In this document: positions 54,943 through 64,000 of the stretch, piece after piece
How the letters are laid out: each line of letters opens with the position of its first letter
Numbering within the stretch: position 1 is the stretch's first letter
Assembly: GCA_964016885.1 (NCBI GenBank)
Contig: OZ024740.1
Span: 336,040,001-336,104,000, forward strand
Length of the DNA: 64,000 bases
Direction: 5' to 3'
Source: Eledone cirrhosa
Taxonomy: Eukaryota
Position numbers and translations under genes: made by a program
Notes under the pieces: generated by a model
Databases searched by the model: none
What the model was told of the DNA's origin: nothing
Seen by the model: only the letters and a program-made list of their open reading frames with translations

Positions 54943-57900
54943 ATATCTATCTATGGGTCCACAGTCGCATTCATTTCTGAAGAGGACATTGAACGTTTAG
55001 AAGCGTATAGCTTTTTCCAAAAGCTTTAGACATCATTGAAATTACCTAGCCACAATGTGTATGTGTGAGCATATATGTGTGCGTGTGTATGTGCATGTGA
55101 TGGTGGTGATCACAATATAGCCGAGAAGATATCCATTTTGTTTTAATATGTAATGAACTGAGTCGAACCTTTTCACAGACTGAATGATTATAATGTAGTT
55201 AGTAATAGCGTGTCAAAGAAAACAAACCACCCAAATTAAATTTGGTAGATAGACACTTAATAAATGCAACATTTTCACACGGTTCTGGTGAACAAAAACT
55301 AACAAACCAGTTGCCAACTCTAGATCTAATCAAACTTCACACATAAGAGGTGTTTGCTCAAACTTTTGACAACACGCCGTTGAGTGTGTGTATGCGTGTG
55401 CCTATGTGTGTGTATGTGTGTGTATTTATGTGTGTGTATGTGTATGTATGTGTATGTATGTGTACGTATGTGTGTGTATTCATGTGTGTATGTGCGTTTG
55501 TGTATGTGTGTGTTTTTGTTTTTGTTTATTCTGTTTTTTTTTTTCTTCAGAAACTGTTGATTGCATATCAAAATATGCTGAGGTAATCAGATGATTTTAA
55601 CGTTCGGTTTTCATAGATAATATTAATTCATAGTCTATAGGGATCAAATGATATATATATTCTGCCATGGTGTTTTATGGAAGTTTATGGGGAGGATTTT
55701 ATTGATCGTAATGAACACGACATCAAAGCAAAAATAACCATTCAGTTGATGTTTGGAAAGGAAATATAAATTATGTAAACGATAGATTGTTTGTGGTGAG
55801 AAGAAAAGATTCGATTGAAAATAGGTGATTGGTCTGGGGTAGAGAATAGAGGTGAGTATGAATATGTAAGCTTCACTGGTACCAATCTTTGAGGGTAGCA
55901 GAACATCTTAATTTTCTCACGGATCTCTTTTAATATCCTCATCATCACCATAAACATCATCATCGTTATCACCTCTACTACCATTGCTATCATCTTTACC
56001 GTTATTGCAGTCGTCAATTTTTATTCCATACATGAGCAAAATGCCTTCGATATTTGGGATAAATAGGAAATAGGATTGAGTAACGTCCATAAATGCCTTT
56101 AGATGGATTGGGTTGTTTTTTTATGATCGAATCTAAGATAAAAGGGTATGTCTGTTACCTAGAACGAGTGATATGGAATGGATGTGCATGGATTAAATAT
56201 GTTAATCCTGTTGATGTTTTTGAAAAGGAAATACATAAGTAAAGGGGGAATTCAAGAAGTACATTTCTGACGTAAAAATACCGTGTGTGTGTGCTTGTGT
56301 GCGCGCGCGCCCGTCTTTTATGTGTGCACTTGTGTGTGTTTTATTGCTTTGTGTGGAGAAAGGGCAGCATCCATAGTTTGTTTGTTTTTTGTTTTGTTTT
56401 GTTTTGTTTTTTTGTTTTGTTTTTTGTAACCTCCATGATGGGAGTGAGAAGGAGAAGCGGAATGTGTTTTCAAACCAGAAATCTGTGCCGAATGCTTGCA
56501 ACAGAGTAAACTCCAGTAAACTTACACAAGAGACAAATGTGATGCTAAATTAAACGACAGATTAAATCTAGCATCAAAGTGTGCCATGGTTGATTTCAGT
56601 TCAGAAGACAAAACGTCGAAACAAATACCACAGATCATCTTGTCCGATACTCTAACCATTCTACCAATTCGTCACCTTAGACGTAAGTAGTTAATGCAAA
56701 GTTATTGGGAGACATCACAATAATTGGTGCGATGAAGAGAAACAAATTACAAAGGAGAATTGGTATATGTTCAGTATAATCAGAGAAGAGACAGTGTGAA
56801 GAGAGATTTTAGTGATGGGATAATGATTTTTGTGTGATAGTGAGTGAAGTAAATTGTCCGTTGTGTTACTTGTGTTACGATGTAGTCAAGAATGTAGTCT
56901 AGAATATACGTAGGTATGTAGTATCATCAACATCTCAGATAAGTAAGCACGATACAATTGTTCGACCTGTGTAGTACCAGTAGCTCTTAAAGGTGGAAAT
57001 ATTTTATGGATAGCTGTGTTGTATATGTCTGTTGTAATCCCCACATGAAGTTATCAGACATAGTGAAGTAATTTCTTAGATTATATTGAATGGTTGTTGT
57101 AGAGACAGACCGCGATATATCACCTCTATGGATGAGAGCTATTGGTAGTTTTGTTATAGTTATTGCTGATGCTGTTGTTGATGTTCTGCTGCTGTTGTTG
57201 TTGCTGCTATTTATGCTGTTGATGCTGTTGCTGCTTCTGTTGCTGCTGCCGCTGCTGTACAATGTCTTGTGTGTTTCACATTCTTTCTGCCGGCACAGTC
57301 TCATTTAATTTATTTGCATTAAAAACAAAATTGTTGCCGTAAGTCCACATAAAGTCTATAAACTTTTGATTGGCAAACTGTTCTGCGAATCTGCAATTCT
57401 CAAGAGATTCAGATTTGCAACGTCTGAGTCTAGTTTTCTTACCGTTGCTAAATATAACACCCTTATTCCACTGTAGTTGCTTAGTGAAAACAACCAGGAA
57501 TGTACGTTATACAAACAGCGGGTGACATTCTACCTAATTATTTCTGGTTTGTTGAAAGGAAGCAGATCGAACCGAACATGATTTGAAATATTCATTGATT
57601 CAGGGGCAGATAAGCTTTCGTAAATCATCACGTGAACAATTTTGTTTTTATGTTTTAATCTGGCTGGGAAGAACGATACCATAATCCTTTCTCGGATCCT
57701 CTGTGACCAGTGGGACAGAAGAAGAGTACTCCAGATCTTGCCCAAGTGTTTGTTTGCAACAGATTGGACTCTCTTTTCTCAATCATTCACATAGGTCATC
57801 CAAGAGTTATTATATTCAATCAATGTGGTTATTCTAGTACATCGTAAAATGAAGCGTGATTATGTGATTGTCATGCCTTTTCTTAGAACACCAATGTAAA

Positions 57901-58479
57901 TTTACTTTTAAATAAAGTAATTTTACTTCTACTGGGAATCGAAACTAAATATCATACTCAGACTCCCCGAATAGCATTTTCACTATATATGTCTATAAAT
58001 TCTAAAGGTCAAACTACAATCGTTTGAACTGAAGTAATATTTAAATGTTTCCGGATTATTTTCAATGCTGAACAATCTTCTTATATTTATGTCTATAATC
58101 GACTTCCATATATAGTATTAGCTTCCATATATAGCATTTACTTCCATATATGGTATCACTCCAAATGTAGTTAAAATTATTTTTCTCCCACCTACATTAG
58201 TATTATAAGAAAATCGTAAAATAAAATGATATTTCATTTTAGATTTAATTGAATTGTTCTTTATTGTCTTTATTTCATTATGAGACAAACATATCGCTGG
58301 GTGACGTCACAGAGTGCGTATGAGCTTCAACGGAACTACACTTCCGGCTGGCGCTCCTATTAAGATGACTTTATTTGTATTTAAATCCATTTTATAGAGC
58401 AGTAAAAGCAAATCATTTCAAATAATGTTTATATTTAAGTATATCAAATAAAGCCGAAATGTATTCTGTTTTTTCATGC

Positions 58480-59690
58480 CACCAATTCAGCCATTACCAA
58501 CAGCACACCACCACCATTACTACCACCATAGCAATACCATTACCTACCATTACCTCCAACAACTCCAGTCTCACTAATTCTGCTACTACCTCTGCCACCA
58601 CCCCCAACACCTTCACATTTGTCTGAACACCAATCATCATCATCGTCCTCACGATCATCTGCTACGCTAACGCCCAAACCAATACGAATACCACTTTTAC
58701 ATTGATCAACTCCACGAAACACCTCCATTTACAACAGTCATTACCCCCAAATACCAACAATACCAGATCTATCAACACCATCATCATAATCATCATTGTC
58801 AATATCAACAGTACCACTAATAACACCACTATCATCAAATATATCGTCCTCGCCACCCTCATCACAGCTATCAACAACATTAGCAAGAGAATGTGTAAGT
58901 TGTTGTTGAACCTATTGGAAATAGTATTTAAATCTACATAGTGTCCAGGATACACTATGCTGAAAAAGACTTAGTAGTCATGGTTCGAGTACATTTGATC
59001 ATAGGTCTTCCCAGCCAGGGAGCAATAACAAAAATAGCAACAGCTCTAATATCACAACCATTACCATATTCATTAAACCACAACCACCACCACCACAACC
59101 ATATTCATTAAACACCATCAACATAATCATTTTCATACCTATCCATAACAAACTAGCTAATACCACCACAACTACATAAGCACCATCAACATAGTTCGCA
59201 CCAATACCACCAACTACACCAGCAAAAACATCAACACCAAAACCAGCAGCACCATGAATACCAATATTAACACCAACACCATCACCTACCTCATCACCAG
59301 CACCATTAACATTAGTATCACTACCTTCAATACCACCAACTTCCTCTCTATCACTATCATTAACACGATCATGTCTAACACTAGCATGTATCAATACCAA
59401 TAGAACCATTATCAACACCTTCAACACATTCACCCTCACATCTCTTACCACCCTCATTACCATCATCCCTTTTGCATATATCACTACAAACAGACACAAA
59501 CCACCACCACCACCACCACCATTAGCTTTATTCACTTTCACATCCATTTCCACACCCCAATATCCATCCTCTACCGCTAAATTATGTGCTCAGTAGTGTT
59601 TTATTTGTTATAAACATGCTGGTAGCGGTGATAGTAGTGGTGATAGTGTTGTGGGGAAATGGTTGTGGTAGTAGTGGTGGAGGTGGTGAT
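58480..59690. repeat. Degenerate (CAC/CAT/AAC)n low-complexity region
   Basis: Trinucleotide-like degenerate repeats; source of the V/G/M-rich spurious ORFs. Confidence 0.75.
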
Positions 59691-60018
59691 TGTATTAGGA
59701 GGGGGAAGAGAATTTAATATTAATCGAGTCGATCCATTTCACTGTGATGACATTGAACAAAACATAAACAGCTTCCTCGGTGAGTTAATAGAATTTCTGC
59801 TGCTTTTCTAAACATGCCTGCTCTGTCCCTACCACATCTCATGGAATATTGCATGAAATGCCTGATCACGTCAATATTTCAATTCTTCATAGCGGTGCAG
59901 TGGTGTCAAAAATGGTAGACTGATAGACAAAAAGGCTTCAGATTTTTAATAACATTTCATCCTCTGTTCAAATCCCACTATGGTTTGCTTTACTGTTATA
60001 TACATGCTCACACATATT

Positions 60019-60131
<113 letters not shown>

Positions 60132-60467
60132 ATGTATATATGTATATCTCTCTCTTCTTCGCTAAACTCCGCCAGTTGCAGACTGCGAATCAACATGAGA
60201 TATTTTTCTCCACCAACTTCGATACCCAGCCGCAGAGTTCAAAGAGAAAATATCAAGTTCAGTCCATAGGTTGACATTACCAAGCCATCGTTTTGGCTAC
60301 CGGCCTCTGCTTCTCTTATCAGCCAACCTTCCTTCCAGGCATAACCTACTCACACCACTAGTTGATCTTTTTATATGACTGTATACTTTGAGTACTCTTG
60401 ACTTGACAATTGATGTAATTGGTCCAAGTTTGGTAATGTTGAGCAGCTCACTGATAAGGTACGGTCG

Positions 60468-60526
<59 letters not shown>

Positions 60527-60528
60527 TA

Positions 60529-60602
<74 letters not shown>

Positions 60603-60671
60603 CATTTATATATACATATACATATATATATACATATACATATACATATACATATATGTATACACACATAC

Positions 60672-60719
<48 letters not shown>

Positions 60720-60720
<1 letters not shown>

Positions 60721-60913
60721 GAACATGTTCAAGACCCCGACGGCAGAGCTCAAGCCGTTTCGACGGGTATTTCTAAGAAATATAGCCGTCGAACCGGCTC
60801 GAGCTCTGCTGTCAGGGTCTTGAACATTTTCCTATTACCCACTCTACTGCCCTAAGTATTGAGTACTCTGGTGCGTTATGGTCCACCTGGTTCCTTACCA
60901 CACTTCCTTTGTT
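60720..60913 (+). mobile_element. Family A foldback element in (TA)n
   Basis: ATGTTCAAGACCCCGACGGCAGAGCTC..TTTCGACGG-loop-CCGTCGAACCGGC..GGGTCTTGAACAT plus tail. Confidence 0.8.
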
Positions 60914-60914
60914 A

Positions 60915-60960
<46 letters not shown>

Positions 60961-60967
<7 letters not shown>

Positions 60968-61199
60968 AATGAAGAATTAGAAATAGAAGCCAGGAATATC
61001 CGTCATCAGTGGTCTAGTAGCCATCATAGGTATTTCTTCGCATTACATACCATATACCTCAAGCTGGAGCGATACAATAATTAAATTAAGTTATTGGGAT
61101 AAAAAGATGGTCTGTAATGCGAAGAAATACCTATGATGGCTACTAGACCACTGATGACGGATATTCCTGGCTTCTATTTCTAATTCTTCATTTATTATA
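60961..61199. mobile_element. Foldback element with ~92-bp near-perfect arms in (TA)n
   Basis: 60961-61053 is the reverse complement of 61107-61199. Confidence 0.8.
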
Positions 61200-61278
61200 T
61201 ATATCCTATATGCAACAGCTCGTCATTTTTCATTTATATATATATATATATATGTGTGTGTATTAGCGACTAATTAAC

Positions 61279-61341
<63 letters not shown>

Positions 61342-61662
61342 TATAAAGTATGTCCATAGAATCATTTGGTAATATATATACACCATTTCCTCTCCCAATT
61401 AGCATAATCAACCACACAAAAAACCAATGAAACCAGGCTATAAGATTAAAAGGCACCTATGAAGAAATAGTAGATAAATAAACGACAGCAATATATGCGC
61501 GTTCAACCGCTATAGAATATTTACCCAACATTTCAATAGCACGTGGAAATCGAGTAAATATACCGTCAACCATACACAATTAGGTATAAAATTAAAGTTA
61601 GTAGAAAAAATGCATATACACATACCAGGATTACGTTTCAATATATATATATATATATATAT

Positions 61663-61905
61663 ATATTATCAAGAAAACGAAAAATCAGTGATGCATCTGG
61701 ACTTAGTTTATTTTGTGTTACAAATGTTTCGCCGGCATGTAGCTCGAGTCATGGTCCTTGTGATGATCTAGCTGATTCTACTTCTGCGGGTTCTTTCAGA
61801 CACGGGTGTTATGTCCGGAGCAAATTTTATCACCGGCGAAACATTTGTAACACGAAATAAACTAAGACCAGATGCATCACTGATTTTTCGTTTTCTTGAT
61901 AATAT
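61663..61905. mobile_element. Family D foldback with HHR-like motif on - strand (about 61714-61803)
   Basis: Arms about 61663-61735 and 61833-61905; GTGT-CTGAAAGA..CCGGC-GAAAC-ATTT-GTA-ACAC; homologous to 13304-13420. Confidence 0.7.
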
Positions 61906-61994
61906 ATACACTCTACTCTGATGAATATCGAGTGCTAATTTTGGCATACCGCCTACGGAAGCACCATAGCTACCACTATACACAAATATATATA

Positions 61995-62101
<107 letters not shown>

Positions 62102-62658
62102 AAACGTAATCCTGGTTTGTGTATATGCATTTTATATTAGTCACTAATATCCAAACCTCTCAATGAAAGAGATATCTCAGAGAAGCAATATTATATATTA
62201 AAATTAAATGAAAAAACTCTAATTAGGGTAGTATAAACAAGATAGACGGAAAAAAATTCTAACTTATATAGATCACCCTACCTTGGTTTCATATAGGAAA
62301 TAATTATTGGAACTACCAATAATTCAAGAACCACCCCAGTACAGCATCGCACGCTTTCATCTCTCATCACGCACAACCCTACCACATCCACACCCACACC
62401 CAGCACATTCGCCTCATCACATACACGCCACAATGTCTATGATATTCCAAAAGACCACACCCTCACAACTCACACCAACCATTTCTCCCCACCACCACCT
62501 CATCATTTTGTTCATCCCTCCACCTATGACACATGCCAAAACATTCCTCATAGCAAAACAACCAATCAAAACAACAGGAACTGACCACCATTAATGAATG
62601 CGAAGCGTTAAAGACATCTCTATGCTCTATATGTTTATTCTGTCATTACCACAGCAGA

Positions 62659-62743
62659 GGTCCGACGAGCTTTTGATTCCAGAGTCGAGCCAAATCGATA
62701 CAGATCGAACCTTGAGCTGATCAATGGCGAAACGCGCGTCACT
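62659..62743 (+). ncRNA. Type I hammerhead-like motif in a probable PLE 3' remnant (about 62140-62880)
   Basis: GGT-CCGACGA-GCTTTTGATT..GATCAATGGC-GAAAC-GCGC-GTC-ACT; palindromic stem III ACGCGCGT. Confidence 0.6.
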
Positions 62744-64000
62744 AAACGTAATGAAGACATAACAAATCGTCCTTTTTTTATTACGTTTACACCCTATTTA
62801 GTTCTACATCTCGTTACAGACGTGAAACTACGCATCGAGTGCTCACCTGGTCACCCACAGTAACTGCATGTTACACCCCCTATATATATGCACGCGTGAG
62901 TGTGTGTGTGTGTGTGCGCGCGCGCGTTGTGTGTGTGTGAGTGTTGTTGTGGGCGTGCGTGCGTGTGTGTGTGTGAGTGTGTGTGTGGGCGTGCGTGTGT
63001 GTGTGATGTAGGTAGTATTTATATTAAGAGTTTAGCGTATTTATGCATTACCAGCAGTAAACATGATACCACTTCAGATACCTGGAAATAGTTTATTTCC
63101 AGGTAGCTGAAGTGCTGAAGTGATTGATGTGTTAACTTCTTGAAACCGCTAGTAATGCATAAATAAGTCAAGCTGTCAACATAAATACTCTTATATTTCA
63201 GATTGTGTTGATTGTGCTTCACTTTCGAGTATACACGCAACTGTCTATATGAATATATATTATGTGTGTGTGTATATATATATGTGTATATATGCGTATG
63301 TGTATAGGTGTGTGTGTGTTCTGAAACACAATCACAATAGATATCAAGAAATATTATCGCAACTCCTCGCTAGAGACGAATAACACACAGCTAAAATCCT
63401 CAAAATTTCTATAAAGGCTACATCACAATATCTTTAAATATTTTTCACTATAAAATAAAACATATTACATTGCTGAAGCTTCATTACTAAGTCTATGTTT
63501 TCTTTTCAGAACCACAGGACACTTCGTACCTCATTAGTTACTGATGCTCGATTAAATTCAAGTACGATTTGGTGATATTCTTGCTACGCACACAACATCT
63601 TTGATTGTACTAAAAGGAAGACGCACGCATTCAACTGTGTGATATATAATGACTCACCAATTCACTACAGTCATTATCTCACATACATGACTCTCCTGTG
63701 GCTACTATAACAGCTCCTGTCCTCAAGACCTATGCGTTAATCTACGCAGTGCATTTGTTTATCGTGTTCTTATCAGTCTTTCTTTGTCTTATTTTCAATC
63801 CCAGAATTAAACAATTCCCCAAGCATTTCTTCCTAGAATGTATATCGCTGGAACACCTTCTGTCTATATTTTCTTTACTGACATCTAATTACAGATTCAA
63901 ACCGAATGTATCATCCTACATAAAATGTGCCTTTCCGATGACTGCAAAGTCAGGTTATGAGTTTTTTCCTTCATCTCAGATTATAGAAAAATAGAAAAGG

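Noticed and set aside
57280-57810. Minus-strand open frames with faint Tc1-like words
   Set aside because: Motif order is inconsistent and no DDE triad or TIRs were found.
58999-59553. 184-aa V/G-rich ORF
   Set aside because: Antisense reading of degenerate (CAC/CAT)n low-complexity DNA.

Overview
AT-rich, microsatellite-dense eukaryotic non-coding DNA. The repeat content resembles octopus/cephalopod genomes, but that is an inference. No host protein-coding gene can be supported, and nearly all listed ORFs are (TA)n/(CA)n/(GA)n artefacts. Two microsatellite-associated retroelement systems dominate. (1) About 30 type I hammerhead ribozyme (HHR) motifs from at least 10 unrelated sequence families, almost all abutting (TA)n tracts. 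They occur as retrozyme-like tandem arrays (485-bp, 560-bp and 341-bp units), as short foldback elements whose inversion point often lies in HHR stem II, and as Penelope-like element (PLE) 3' ends retaining Neptune-type GIY-YIG coding remnants. Several carry the U3-A8 covariant core. (2) A 9.4-kb pile-up (36.06-45.49 kb) of six same-orientation Tx1-like L1-clade LINE copies separated by (GATA)n tracts, including one nearly full-length copy, plus a lone copy at 4.6-6.4 kb. Decayed tRNA-derived SINEs are also present. All structures were read by eye; no folding program or database search was run.
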